From NCBI GenBank assembly GCA_977862235.1, contig OZ374563.1, positions 1,736,001 to 1,800,000 on the forward strand: a stretch of DNA of 64,000 bases, given 5' to 3'. The translations under genes were made by a program, and so were the position numbers. The notes under the pieces are model-generated. The model was given only the letters and a program-made list of their open reading frames with translations, was not told the DNA's origin and did not search any database. The DNA is from Dudresnaya verticillata (lineage: Eukaryota). Of this stretch, positions 54,041-64,000 are shown piece by piece (the first letter of the stretch is position 1; each line of letters begins with the position of its first letter).

Positions 54041-54352
54041 AGTGTCTATCCAGTGCTCATGTTGTAAATGAGGAGACTTTATTATTATTCAAGATGGCAT
54101 TGACGTGTTTTACCTTTCAGCAGCTTCCAGTCGAGCAAGCACATATTCAATGCAAGGCAAGTGAAGGGCGAGCGCAACAGATCTTGCCCCATCGATGCAC
54201 GAAGGTTCCCGCCAAAAATCTAAGATTTCGAAATGAGTGCTTCCCGCCAAGACCCTCTTCGATTCTTTCCTTCGGCACGATGCCAGCACCACCAGCTTCC
54301 CATGTGCGCAGGCCCGCCCCGCCCCCCCACCGTATACGCAAGCCGCACCATC

Positions 54353-55177
54353 ATGCCAGTGGTGTACTCGCGAAAGCGCCTCCGCGCACAACAAAAGGCC
54401 TGCGCACCAACCGACTCTCCAACAAAGCCGGCAGAACCCACGGTGGTACCCGCCTCGAGACCTCCGCACAAGCGCCGGCGTAAGCTCGTGCAGCTGCACC
54501 TTGACGCAGGGCAGTCCGACATCTGTGCGAAGAGGTGCGACGAGTGCGGGCTGGTCTACACGCCTGGCGCATCCGGCGACGACGCCGTTCATCGAGCCCG
54601 GCACGCCGCGCTTCGGCGCGCTCGCCGCCCGGCCTTCCGCCAGCTGCCCGGTGCTTGCGTTGCGCACGAGCGGGGACAGTTTCGGTATGTGATTGTCCGT
54701 AGCGGCGATGACGCGCGCCTTGAGCGACAGACGCGCGCTGTGGACACGTTTGTTACCGAGCGGCTTGGTGGCAGAGGTGGCGCTTTCAGGGAATTTGGGG
54801 AGGCCTGGCGTGACGGGGAGGCACCGGGATGGTGTGCTGTTGTTTGTTTTAAGGAAGGGATGGCAGTTGGATACTCGTATGTGGAACGTGTTGGAGAGGC
54901 AAGGTGGGCTGACGTGCGCGAAGATGGAGTTGGGGTTGTGTCCGGCGATGTCCACAAGAAGGTTTTTTGTGGAGTGCGGAAAGTATGGGTTGCGGAGGAG
55001 GTGAGACGACGTGGCGTAGCTTCGGAGATGATTGACGTCGCGAGGGTCAACTTGGTGTATGGTTACGATATCTTACCTGAGGATGTTGCGTTCACTGCGA
55101 CGACTACTAACGGGGGGTTGTTGGCGAGGAACTACGCAAAACGTTGCGGGCGAGAGGCAATTTGGGTGTATTCATGA
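54353..55177 (+). CDS. ECO1: Cohesin acetyltransferase Eco1/ESCO/CTF7-like
   Basis: QLHLDAGQ, C-x2-CGLVY…D-x3-H-x3-H zinc finger, CGVRKVWV…RRRGVAS-x-MID, VAFTATT-x2-G; start could also be 54233 or 54302. Confidence 0.9.
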   Translation: MPVVYSRKRLRAQQKACAPTDSPTKPAEPTVVPASRPPHKRRRKLVQLHLDAGQSDICAKRCDECGLVYTPGASGDDAVHRARHAALRRARRPAFRQLPGACVAHERGQFRYVIVRSGDDARLERQTRAVDTFVTERLGGRGGAFREFGEAWRDGEAPGWCAVVCFKEGMAVGYSYVERVGEARWADVREDGVGVVSGDVHKKVFCGVRKVWVAEEVRRRGVASEMIDVARVNLVYGYDILPEDVAFTATTTNGGLLARNYAKRCGREAIWVYS

Positions 55178-55273
55178 GTGGTGGAGCTACCGTGACGATA
55201 TCACCACTCTCGACAAAGATTGCTGCTTTACGATAAACAAAACATTCTTCACACTGCGTGCGGAGGCGTTTTT

Positions 55274-57943
55274 CTACGCTACCCCGACATCATCACTTGG
55301 CTTGGGCGGTTGACTTGGCGGCTTGTCCTCCGCTCTTCCGGGCATGGGTTTGACAATATCTATACGCTGTTTGGAGGTAAGCGGTTTCATGGCAGGCGGG
55401 CGCCCAGGCCTTGCTTCAGCCGTAACGGACCCGCCAACCTTCACTTCCCCTGCCAATCCGAGAGGCTCCATCTCGCTCCATTCGATTGATTGTCCGTTTG
55501 GGCGCGTGCGAGTCTTTTTGACAATACTCGCATCAGATGCAGTCCCGGGCATTAGAGGCTCCCCGTCCAGTTTTCGCGGATTACCTACGGCCACAGCAGC
55601 TGCTGCCGCTGCAAGAGCTAATGAGGATGACGACCTGTTCCTCTCGGACGCCTCACTGATCCTCCTCTTTCCTGACGCCGGTTCTAGTGTCAGCGGACTC
55701 ACAGATGACTTACCCGCTCGACTGCTTTCTGCTGTCCCACTGTAACGAACCATGAGTCGGTACAGTTTTCGCGGAATGCGGAGGAGTCGTGTTGGGTACT
55801 CAGTCACGCGTGCCGTGAAGTCCGGTGCATATAAATCATCAGTTAAGGCACTAATGCCTAGAAGAGTCCAGGGGCCAGCATCGGAGATAAAGCCATCGTT
55901 GCCAGCAGAAATCTCGAGCTTCCCGTTGATGATGAGTACAGCATTCTTTGTAGGGACCCCGCGGGTATACACTGTATAGTTGGGAGCCTGGCTTTTGCTT
56001 CCTGGATCGGCAGCACCACGTATTTGTGGTCCTTCGGGCGACTTGAGCATTCCTCCCGCCACAGCGGACTCCTGACGAGATGAAGAGGCCATGTTCCCCT
56101 GGGAATCATCTTCACTGTCATCGCTGCTGAAACTTTCACTGTCCTCGTCAGCGTTGTTGTTGTTCAGCGAAGCCAGTCCTGCAAGGCCATGCTGGTTCGA
56201 GCGTGCCTTGTTGTTGTTGTCATCCTGGTATTCGACTATTGGAAGCTCAGCAAGCATTTCCTTGAGAACATTCAACTTGACGAGACCTTCTGAGAACTCT
56301 TCAGTGTTATTCGATAAATACGAAGCGACCACGAGAACTTCCTTATCCGACAAGAGTTCTTCGTGGTGTTTCGAATCAAACATTTTCAAGACCTCAGGAT
56401 CAATGGAACGAACTCGTTTAACTCGTTTCTTGGAAATGTTATCGGTATACACATCTGTCTCATCGACAATATCTTGGCCAATAAGCTCTTCAATAAGGTC
56501 CTCTAATGTTACAACGCCTAGGGTGTCCGGGGCTGGATCTTCCCCAGGCTTATGCACACCCTTCTGCTGGATGATAGCCATATGGCCTCCGCCTTGCTTG
56601 AAGATATTAAGCATCTTGTTCAACGTTGTGTCGAAGAAGACCAGGAGAACAGTGCGGTTGAAGAATAATAGTACAGTCTTAATCGGAACCGAGTCTTCTG
56701 GATCGAGCAAAATGAGATCCTTTGCAAACAATACTCCGATGATGTTGTCCCTGGTCTTATCGTACACCGGGACGCGCGAATGTCCAGACTGGAAGATAAG
56801 CAGCAAGACTTCAAAGTTTAGTGCCAGAGAAGCCTCCAGCATGAAGACGTCGTCCAGCGTTGTCATAACTTGAGCAACAGTCTTTTGACTGAAGTCGAAC
56901 GCTCCCCCAAGTATTGCCATTTCGTCCTTGGTAAGCGGCGGGTTGGATGAATCAGACTCGCGATCTTTCTTTTCTCTTTCCTTCTCCCTTCGGGCTACCT
57001 TTTCCGCATTCCGAAAGCGTTTGAACCCATGCCATTTGGACAAGGGTCCAACACGTGCCTTGCCCCTGTCGTGCGGCATGGGCGAAGGGGTTGAACTTGC
57101 AGGATAGCATTCCGGGGTCGGGTGCACAGACTTTGATTCGGATGTTACAGCAGACTGCCCAGGAGCAATATCCGGACTTGCAGCGGACACGGATGCATCT
57201 GCGGTGGAAGAGGCGAACCTGACAGCATTGGGCGGTGGGTCTGCTGACGGAGTATAAGCGTCAATATTGGAAGGGGAATTATGTGACAGGATCTGCGGGA
57301 GTTCGACAATGGTGATGTTATCCTGATGTCGCTGGGTAACTCGGACCGAGTCCGTCTCGTAGTCTCCCGAGCGGTCATTGGGGTCGTCCGAGTCCGCATC
57401 AGGTGAGGATTCGTGCTCCGGGTCTGGTGCCTGGCCGCCGTGCATGGATAGAAGGCTCTTGAGCTGAGACTTATTATATCGGGTGACAGACTCACCGCCG
57501 AGGAAAAAGTCGATGGCTTTGGCGGTGGTGAACGAGATCGGAGCAGTGATAAACATGAAGAGTTTGACGAACGGAATGGCGTAGGCACCAATTATGAGGC
57601 CGAAGCGATGGCAGACGGCCTGTGGAATGATCTCTCCAATGTAGAGGATAGCGACAGTGGAAGTGAGAAAGCCGGCGATGCCACCGAAAAGGTCTGCGGT
57701 CACAATTGCCAGGGCGGAGTTGACGGCGGTATTGCCGATGAGCAAGGTGCATAGCAGCCAGTTGCCATGGCGGCGCACGGGGAGGATGCGGGTGGCGTAC
57801 CAGCGCTCGTTTTCCGTGCCGGACTCGGTGAGGACGCGCAGGTCGATGAGGTCGAGCGAGAGCAGGCCAAGGGTGAGGCCGGAGAAGGTGCCCGAGAGCA
57901 GGATGCAGACGATGGTGACGACGACCTGCCACCAAGCGACCAT
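55274..57943 (-). CDS. CNNM/DUF21 (Mam3-like) CBS-domain metal transporter
   Basis: FSGLTLGLLSLD, LLCTLLIGN, GEIIPQAVC, CBS pair (GHSRVPVY, GVVTLEDLIEELIG-x-DIVDETD), C-terminal cyclic-nucleotide-binding-homology segment (YAPDFTA). Confidence 0.93.
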   Translation of the reverse strand: MVAWWQVVVTIVCILLSGTFSGLTLGLLSLDLIDLRVLTESGTENERWYATRILPVRRHGNWLLCTLLIGNTAVNSALAIVTADLFGGIAGFLTSTVAILYIGEIIPQAVCHRFGLIIGAYAIPFVKLFMFITAPISFTTAKAIDFFLGGESVTRYNKSQLKSLLSMHGGQAPDPEHESSPDADSDDPNDRSGDYETDSVRVTQRHQDNITIVELPQILSHNSPSNIDAYTPSADPPPNAVRFASSTADASVSAASPDIAPGQSAVTSESKSVHPTPECYPASSTPSPMPHDRGKARVGPLSKWHGFKRFRNAEKVARREKEREKKDRESDSSNPPLTKDEMAILGGAFDFSQKTVAQVMTTLDDVFMLEASLALNFEVLLLIFQSGHSRVPVYDKTRDNIIGVLFAKDLILLDPEDSVPIKTVLLFFNRTVLLVFFDTTLNKMLNIFKQGGGHMAIIQQKGVHKPGEDPAPDTLGVVTLEDLIEELIGQDIVDETDVYTDNISKKRVKRVRSIDPEVLKMFDSKHHEELLSDKEVLVVASYLSNNTEEFSEGLVKLNVLKEMLAELPIVEYQDDNNNKARSNQHGLAGLASLNNNNADEDSESFSSDDSEDDSQGNMASSSRQESAVAGGMLKSPEGPQIRGAADPGSKSQAPNYTVYTRGVPTKNAVLIINGKLEISAGNDGFISDAGPWTLLGISALTDDLYAPDFTARVTEYPTRLLRIPRKLYRLMVRYSGTAESSRAGKSSVSPLTLEPASGKRRISEASERNRSSSSLALAAAAAAVAVGNPRKLDGEPLMPGTASDASIVKKTRTRPNGQSIEWSEMEPLGLAGEVKVGGSVTAEARPGRPPAMKPLTSKQRIDIVKPMPGRAEDKPPSQPPKPSDDVGVA

Positions 57944-58793
57944 CTCCGACGCGGCGTGCGTGCGGGGGACGGTGTTAGAGAACCGGGGTGCGGAAGACGG
58001 CGCACATGGCGCGCAGACGAAGCGGTGCGGTGCGGTGCGATGCGGCGCGGGTATATGTGGGCACGGCTGGAGGCGCGGCGCGGCGGAGCGAGGCGGGAGG
58101 GCACACAGCTGTCCAGCGAGACGGTGCCCCGAGACGGTGCCGCGCGCTTTTCTCTGACGTCATGACGCGGGTTTGCGGAAAAGACCGGTGGGAGGGCCGA
58201 CCGCATCTCGCGCTGCCGACACGCGGATCAATACTGCATTACACTGTATTCTGCACTGGTATTGGTTACAACGCTCCGAAAAAAACGAAAAAATTAGTCT
58301 TTTGCTCCACCGCCGACGGTAAAGCGGAAAGAGCTGCCCTTCCGTTCATCAAGCGCTCGCCGAAGAGTCGCCTTGTCGCGCCCCACCCGCGACGACTCTT
58401 GCAAAGCACATGAAGACAAGTTTAGCCTCTCTCCTTCCCCAATGTGCAGCTCTATGCACCCGCGACGCATGTAGGTTCGCCTGGCCTTCCTCTTGCAAGA
58501 CGCCCATCCGTTGGTTGCGCTTACTGCGGGGCAGTCCAGTCGCGCCCGCGCGCTCGTCGCCTGGAGTGTGTCTATTGCCCCCATTACGATCGAAGCAACT
58601 TGCCTGCTAGGAGTGATGAGACCCCGGCCGAACGCTGAGCTCTCCCGTGTCTGCGCGCTTTCGATCTAATCGAAGCACCCTGCGCGCAAGCGGGACGACC
58701 ATGTGCGATTCGCCGGCCCTTCGGGGACACCTCTGACCTGGCACCAGCAACCTTTACAATCTCTCTACGAGCATCGCTCTCGCAAAACAACCA

Positions 58794-60158
58794 CTACTCG
58801 CTCGAGCGCAAGCGCGCCGCCTCGGCGTGCCCGTCCAGCCCCTCCGCGCGTGCGATACGATCGGCGTGCGGTGCAACTTCGCGCACGGTGTCAGGGTCCA
58901 GCCCGACGATCGAGATGACCTTAATGAAGTCCAGCACGGATAGTGGCGAAGAGTACCTTGCCGACCCGCCGGTTGGCATCACGTGCGACGGCCCGGCCAC
59001 GTAGTCCCCGAGCACTTCGCAGCTACCCTCACCCAGGAACAGCCCGCCGGCGTTGTGCATCCGGCTGACCACGTCCCACGGCCCGCGCACGCACAGCGAC
59101 ACATGCTCCGTCGCGAACTCATTGGCCATGTCAATGCAGTCCTGCATGTCCGCCCCGACCACCAGCCCACCCTGCTTGTCCATCGCGTGCCGCGCCACCT
59201 TCTCGCGTGACAGCTTGCTCACCTGCACGTCCACCTCCTTCTGCACTTTCTCAGCCATCGCCGAGCTCGGCGTCAGCAAAATCGGCACGGCCAGATAGTC
59301 GTGCTCTGCCTGCGCGAGCAGGTCCGCCGCCACCAGCCGCGCATCCGCAGACTCGTCCGCAATCACCACCGCTTCTGTCGGGCCGTACACACCGTCGATC
59401 CCCACAACGCCGAACACCTCGCGCTTTGCCATTGCCACGAAGATATTGCCCGGGCCGACAATCTTGTCCACGCGCGGAATAGTCGCGGTACCGTACGCGA
59501 GCGCGCCGATGGCCTGCGCACCGCCGACAGAAAACACGCGCACGTTTACGCCCTCCAGCTCGTTGATCACGGCACATGCAGCCAGAGTAACGGTGGCAAT
59601 GCCGGAACCGTCGCGCTGTGGCGGAGAGGTCACGACCAGCTGTTCGCAGCCGGCCACAACGGCCGGTAGCACGGACATGAGCACGGTGGACGGGAGCGGG
59701 GCGGTGCCGCCAGGGACGTAGAAGCCGATGCGCTGGATAGGGCGGACGGCCTGTCCAACGAGGCCACCGAGGTCGGAGGTAAACCAACTGGTGACGGGCT
59801 GCTTACGGTGATAGGTGACGACACGGTCGCGCGCGACGCGCAGCGCGGCGACGACGGCCGGGTCGCTGGCCTTGGCCGCGGCGGCGAGCTTCTCGGCCGG
59901 GACCTCCGCGCCAGACGAGATGTCGGCGCCGTCAATACGCTGGGTCCAAGACGCCACGGCGGCGTCGCCGTCCGCGACCACGCTCCGAAGGATGGCCTGC
60001 ACGCACTCCAGGGGGGTTGTGGGCTTGTCGAACATCTCGTCGATGCGCGCTTGCACATGCGGCGGCACGGTCGAGTCCTGGATGAGGCCGCGTTTGAGGA
60101 TAGATGAGCGCGCCTCCGCAGCGGAGTAGATGCGGGCGCAGGAGGATTCGGACGGCAT
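58794..60158 (-). CDS. hisD: Histidinol dehydrogenase (monofunctional)
   Basis: YVPGGTAPLPSTVLM, GGAQAIGALAYGT, DKIVGPGNIFV, GPTE, DLLAQAEHD, GDYVAGPSHVMPT, EGLDGHA. Confidence 0.97.
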   Translation of the reverse strand: MPSESSCARIYSAAEARSSILKRGLIQDSTVPPHVQARIDEMFDKPTTPLECVQAILRSVVADGDAAVASWTQRIDGADISSGAEVPAEKLAAAAKASDPAVVAALRVARDRVVTYHRKQPVTSWFTSDLGGLVGQAVRPIQRIGFYVPGGTAPLPSTVLMSVLPAVVAGCEQLVVTSPPQRDGSGIATVTLAACAVINELEGVNVRVFSVGGAQAIGALAYGTATIPRVDKIVGPGNIFVAMAKREVFGVVGIDGVYGPTEAVVIADESADARLVAADLLAQAEHDYLAVPILLTPSSAMAEKVQKEVDVQVSKLSREKVARHAMDKQGGLVVGADMQDCIDMANEFATEHVSLCVRGPWDVVSRMHNAGGLFLGEGSCEVLGDYVAGPSHVMPTGGSARYSSPLSVLDFIKVISIVGLDPDTVREVAPHADRIARAEGLDGHAEAARLRSSE

Positions 60159-60922
60159 TGTGAGGGGGTTGGGTAGGGAAGCGGAAAGGTCTGACGGGGT
60201 GGACGCGTGCGGAGACGGCTACGGCGCAACGGGTTGAGTGCGGAAGTGCACTTGTAGTAAGATAGAGCACGCAATGGTGAGCAGATTGAGTAAGCGTTGT
60301 GTGCCGCCGGTGGGCGATGCTCGACCTCATCATGTTGAGGTTGAAATTGGTAAGCAGAAGCAACGCAACGGCCCAAACGCGACGTGAGTGGCCGAAGAGG
60401 TCTGCCGCCGGCAAGAAGCGGTGCGTCGGACCGTCTCACTGGAGGTGATCTGTGCCGCTATTGGTTGCAGGGTTTGGGATCCTCCAATTGCTACGCGTGA
60501 AGCAGGCCAGAAGGGTCAGGTACTACTACCGTAAGGAACCAGAACTAATGCCTTACCAATACCGTACAGTACAGTACGTCAGGCGTTTCGAATTTTTCTT
60601 TTGTTTCTGCAACCCCTATTTAGCTGTACTTCCCCGCAGGAGCGGATCTGCTCGCCAATCAGAACTATTCTCCTTTCAATATTCGGCATTACCTCCTCTA
60701 CAATACGGTACCATCCTAATTTGCGCGCTCTGCGCATCAGAGCACACTCTTCACAGTGCCCCTCTCCACCACCCTCCGCACCGACACTCACCGATCAACT
60801 AATCCTCTCCCGCGTTGACAAAAAGAACGGGTCGTACATGTAACCTCATCTTCTTCGATCTTCTCAACCCTTCGCTCATCTGCATCCCCCTTCTTCTCCA
60901 CGCCCTACCCCCAGCCCCAACA

Positions 60923-62176
60923 ATGCGTGACAAGAGCATCTCAACAGCCGAAAGGCGTTTTGTATCCTCCTGCGTCGCAGAGGAAAACCGTATCGATGGC
61001 CGCCGCTTAACTGAAGCCCGCCGCGTCTCAATCTCAGTCGGGCCCACCTGGGGCTTCACTGAGGTCTCCTTCGACAAGACCCTGGCAATCGCCTCCACCA
61101 CCGTAGAAGCGGTCACGCCGTCGACAGACCGCCCGTCTGAGGGCATTCTCAACCTCTCCATGGATCTGTCGCCAACCTCGTCGGAGCCATCCGCGCGCGA
61201 CGCGCTGCAGCGCCCCGGCCCCAACCCGGCTGTGACGGAGACACGCAACAGCATCGACAACTTCATCCGCGACGCGCGCGCGCTGGACACCGAGGCCCTA
61301 TGCATCCTGTCCGGCGTCAAGGTCTGGTCCGTGCGCGTCCACGTCGATCTCATTAACGACGACGGCAACGTTGCCGACGCCTGCATCCTGGCCATCATGG
61401 CCTCGCTCATGCACGCGCGCCGCCCCGAAGTCTCCGTCACGGGCCGCGACGTCCGTGTCTATCCGGTCGACGAGCGTGAGCCCGTCCCGCTCCCGGTCCA
61501 CCACGTCCCGCTCGCCGTTTCCTTCGCGCTCTTCGGCCCGGGAAAGCCGTACGAGCCTGACGTTGTCGTGCTCGACCCTGTCAAGAAGGAAGAGCTGGCG
61601 GCGGGAGGAGCGCTCTCGTTCGCGTACAATGCACAAGGAGAGGTCTGCGGTGTGTACAAGGCGGGAGGGCTCCCGCTCAGCCCGGATACGTTTTTGCAAT
61701 GTAGCGAGGTTGCCGCAGTACGTGCCAGGAAGCTTACTGTCATGCTGAAACGCGCACTTGCAGACGCTGCCGCCCAGCACCCGCTTGCCACTCTGAGGCC
61801 GATGCTGGTAAACCCAGAGCCCGTCGCGCAGCTCGCAAAGAAGGGTGCCGCAAGACGGCCGATGGAGGGGCAGGGCGTTTCTATGTGGAATGCTACGCCC
61901 ATGGAAGACGATGCACCGCCACCGACACTCCCCGACAATCAGCCGGTTAAGCTCACTGAGATTGTCAAGGAGGAGGATGTTGATGAGACGGTGGAGAGCA
62001 TCTTTGGGGGAAGGGATGAGTCAAGGGTCCCGAAGGAAGAGGTGAAGGAAAGCGATGAAAGTGCAAAAAAGAAGGCTATCGTCGAGCAGATCGTTATTTC
62101 AGACGATGAGGAGTCTTCTTCGGATGAGGACCTGATGTCAGCAATCAATCATAGGCCCAAAGGGAAGCGACGTTGA
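60923..62176 (+). CDS. RRP45: Exosome complex RNase PH-like subunit Rrp45/EXOSC9
   Basis: E-x2-FV…RIDGR, DRPSEG, ALDTEALCILSGVKVWSVRVHV, DDGNVADAC, RRPEVSV, EREPVPLPVHH; start at ATG 60923. Confidence 0.93.
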   Translation: MRDKSISTAERRFVSSCVAEENRIDGRRLTEARRVSISVGPTWGFTEVSFDKTLAIASTTVEAVTPSTDRPSEGILNLSMDLSPTSSEPSARDALQRPGPNPAVTETRNSIDNFIRDARALDTEALCILSGVKVWSVRVHVDLINDDGNVADACILAIMASLMHARRPEVSVTGRDVRVYPVDEREPVPLPVHHVPLAVSFALFGPGKPYEPDVVVLDPVKKEELAAGGALSFAYNAQGEVCGVYKAGGLPLSPDTFLQCSEVAAVRARKLTVMLKRALADAAAQHPLATLRPMLVNPEPVAQLAKKGAARRPMEGQGVSMWNATPMEDDAPPPTLPDNQPVKLTEIVKEEDVDETVESIFGGRDESRVPKEEVKESDESAKKKAIVEQIVISDDEESSSDEDLMSAINHRPKGKRR

Positions 62177-62503
62177 TCAACGGGTGCTGCAGATTCTCGG
62201 AAGGGATGGGACGGTCTTCCAAATTTGGTGGATACCCTGACCTTAAGGAGAAGTCGTATGCATGCCTGAAACTACACGCAACATGCAGGACATGCACCAA
62301 GGGCATGGATCAACATGCTCTGCACGCGTATCATGTGTTCTAATGCAAACTAGGCTAACTTGTCACTAGAATTGTACTACGCACATAGTTCCTAATGTCG
62401 ACACTCTACTTGCTTCTTTTCAAGTACGGGAATCACTGACGGCGAGGAAGGGAACTGCGCTAGTTGTATATTTGTTTAACACACGAAAAAGCCAAACTGT
62501 GTT

Positions 62504-63337
62504 TTAAAGGCCGACAAGGTCAAGATTATTCCGAACATATGCAAAGTCTTCTGGATTTGTAAGCTCCAGAGGGATAGAATTATCTACCCCGTAAACATAA
62601 GTCTTGATCCCTTCTTCAGGTAGAAGATCATTGAGCATGGTTGAAAGGATGTACTCTGTTGTCTCTTCAGTTCTGTTGCTCTCAAGCCACACATCAAACT
62701 TCCTCCGAGCAAAATCCAATACTGCTGGTTGGAAGCCAAAAATGTTCATGGAGGTCAACTCATCGCCAGAATACTTTCCAGCAGCAATATCATCCATGGA
62801 GATGTCGTACTGCTCGACAATCTGAGTCAGGGCAGACCCTTCAATACCGATCACAGCGCGATTGACTTTGCCTGACTTGGGCAAAACGTCCTTCAGTGGG
62901 TAACCAGGCAAGCACGGTGTGTCTTTGAACTTAATATGCGTACAAACCTTGGACAAGGCGCTGTTGCCATACAACGTATCACCATTCAGTACGACAAACG
63001 GTTTGTCGAGGATATCCTTGGCCGCTAGCAAAGCATGCACGGTGCCCATGGGCTTCTTCCGGTACTCGGGCGTTCTCTGGAACGCGTACTTAACAGGTAA
63101 GCCCAAGAAGTTATCGCCAACAACCGAAAAGATCTCCTTGTATGTGGCATCGGAGACGATCATGATAATAGCGGACAAATTCTGCTTCATGAGCTGGCGC
63201 ACAGAGAGCTCGAGCAGAGTCTCTCCATAACGGCCCACGGGCTGCAGACACTTGATGCGGAATCCGAAGCGCGACGAGAGCCCGGCCGCGAGGTAGAGCC
63301 CATAGAACTGGGTGGGAGCGCCGTTTCCGTCTGCCAT
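62504..63337 (-). CDS. Sugar-phosphate nucleotidyltransferase-family protein (bacterial type)
   Basis: LAAGLSSRFG-x3-K-x3-PVG-x2-GETLL, R-x-KPMGTVHA, PFVVLNGD-x2-YG, SMNIFGF-x-P, EYIL, LTNPED. Confidence 0.85.
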   Translation of the reverse strand: MADGNGAPTQFYGLYLAAGLSSRFGFRIKCLQPVGRYGETLLELSVRQLMKQNLSAIIMIVSDATYKEIFSVVGDNFLGLPVKYAFQRTPEYRKKPMGTVHALLAAKDILDKPFVVLNGDTLYGNSALSKVCTHIKFKDTPCLPGYPLKDVLPKSGKVNRAVIGIEGSALTQIVEQYDISMDDIAAGKYSGDELTSMNIFGFQPAVLDFARRKFDVWLESNRTEETTEYILSTMLNDLLPEEGIKTYVYGVDNSIPLELTNPEDFAYVRNNLDLVGL

Positions 63338-64000
63338 CGGGCTGTGAAGCGGCGATGATTTTCGCGGCCGCGGTCTCGCGGCGTGCGGGTGTCGGTGGAA
63401 GAAGTGCTCGAGAAGAGCGGCGGCGGCGGCAGCAGCAGCAGCAACGGCGTAATTGACGCTCGACCGTCGAAGACGACGATGGGCCGTGCGCAGGTCTGCC
63501 GACTTGTGAAGCTCAGGAGCTCCTCGAAGACCCTCCTAAATTTTAGCATGTTTTACGATTTCGTCATCTCCCTCGCGAGATGGGGCCATTTCCGACACAC
63601 ACGTGGCAGGCAATGCCAGTGCTAAGAGATCCGCGGTCCCTCGTCCCGCGAGTCGCTGCTGGCTAAGAACTTTCTGTCTACATGTAGTATACTGCTCTAC
63701 TCCAGTACCGTTCGGAGTGGGTGCCCATGCCAATGCCGCCGCCAGTCGGTTTTCTTCTTCTGGGTGAATCGGTGTCTAGACTAGTAGAGGTGAGGGTGTC
63801 ACCCGACTGGGTCCGGACCTCCCGCTCGTAGCCCGCTGCTCACGCGCCCTGGTTTGATGATCCCATCTTAGTTGACACAGCTGGTCTATCTCAACTTAGA
63901 TCTCCATGGTATTCGCGCGTGCCGTAGGCTCATCAGCTTCCTCGAAAACGACGAAGCTATTTTCATTGATGCCAAGCGTCCCTAATAGCTCTCATTCTTT

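Noticed and set aside
58444..58638. Small CxxC-x13-CxxC ORF and a nearby GTGATGA…CTGA box C/D-like pair
   Set aside because: The ORF has no in-frame ATG after the upstream stop; the boxes are only ~15 nt apart, too short for a snoRNA.
62255..62350. Cluster of CATG(C) RY-like motifs between RRP45 and the nucleotidyltransferase
   Set aside because: Irregular spacing in a convergent 3' region; cannot be distinguished from chance.
29277..63337. Functional cluster of cofactor genes (panB, pdxH, CobD-like, hisD) or of GlcNAc/chitin genes (PGM3, ChAPs, nucleotidyltransferase)
   Set aside because: The genes are interspersed with unrelated splicing and chromatin genes; expected by chance in a gene-dense genome unless synteny or co-expression says otherwise.
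63536..64000. Possible decayed minus-strand reading frame and short hairpins at the right edge
   Set aside because: Stops in all frames, no recognisable motif, and cut by the window boundary.

Overview
Compact, essentially intron-free eukaryotic nuclear DNA; gene content, short intergenic gaps and transit-peptide style suggest a florideophyte red alga (inference, not a database result). The left half (1-31177) is a head-to-tail tandem amplification of a 10,058-bp unit: three complete junction-to-junction units plus the tail of a further unit at the window edge. Each unit carries an orphan 281-aa ORF with a HET/TIR-like motif series, two paralogous Cys-rich membrane proteins (360/372 aa) that differ almost only by amino-acid-changing substitutions, a solo-LTR-like insert, a decapitated signal-peptide gene and an intact panB. 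Each of the first three panB copies is followed by a 5'-truncated phosphoacetylglucosamine mutase (PGM3); the last is followed by the only full-length PGM3. The last unit has a ~2.2-kb tract of different sequence. The right half is single-copy housekeeping DNA: RFWD3, a CobD/HisC-like PLP enzyme, SF3A3, a Q-rich double zinc-ribbon protein, PNPO, a ChAPs (exomer) protein, PRP22/DHX8, SWI3/SMARCC, ECO1, CNNM, hisD, RRP45 and a bacterial-type nucleotidyltransferase. The best candidate for an undescribed system is the amplified accessory cassette (putative HET/TIR-like effector plus diversifying membrane receptors), possibly immunity or allorecognition; that functional reading is inference only.
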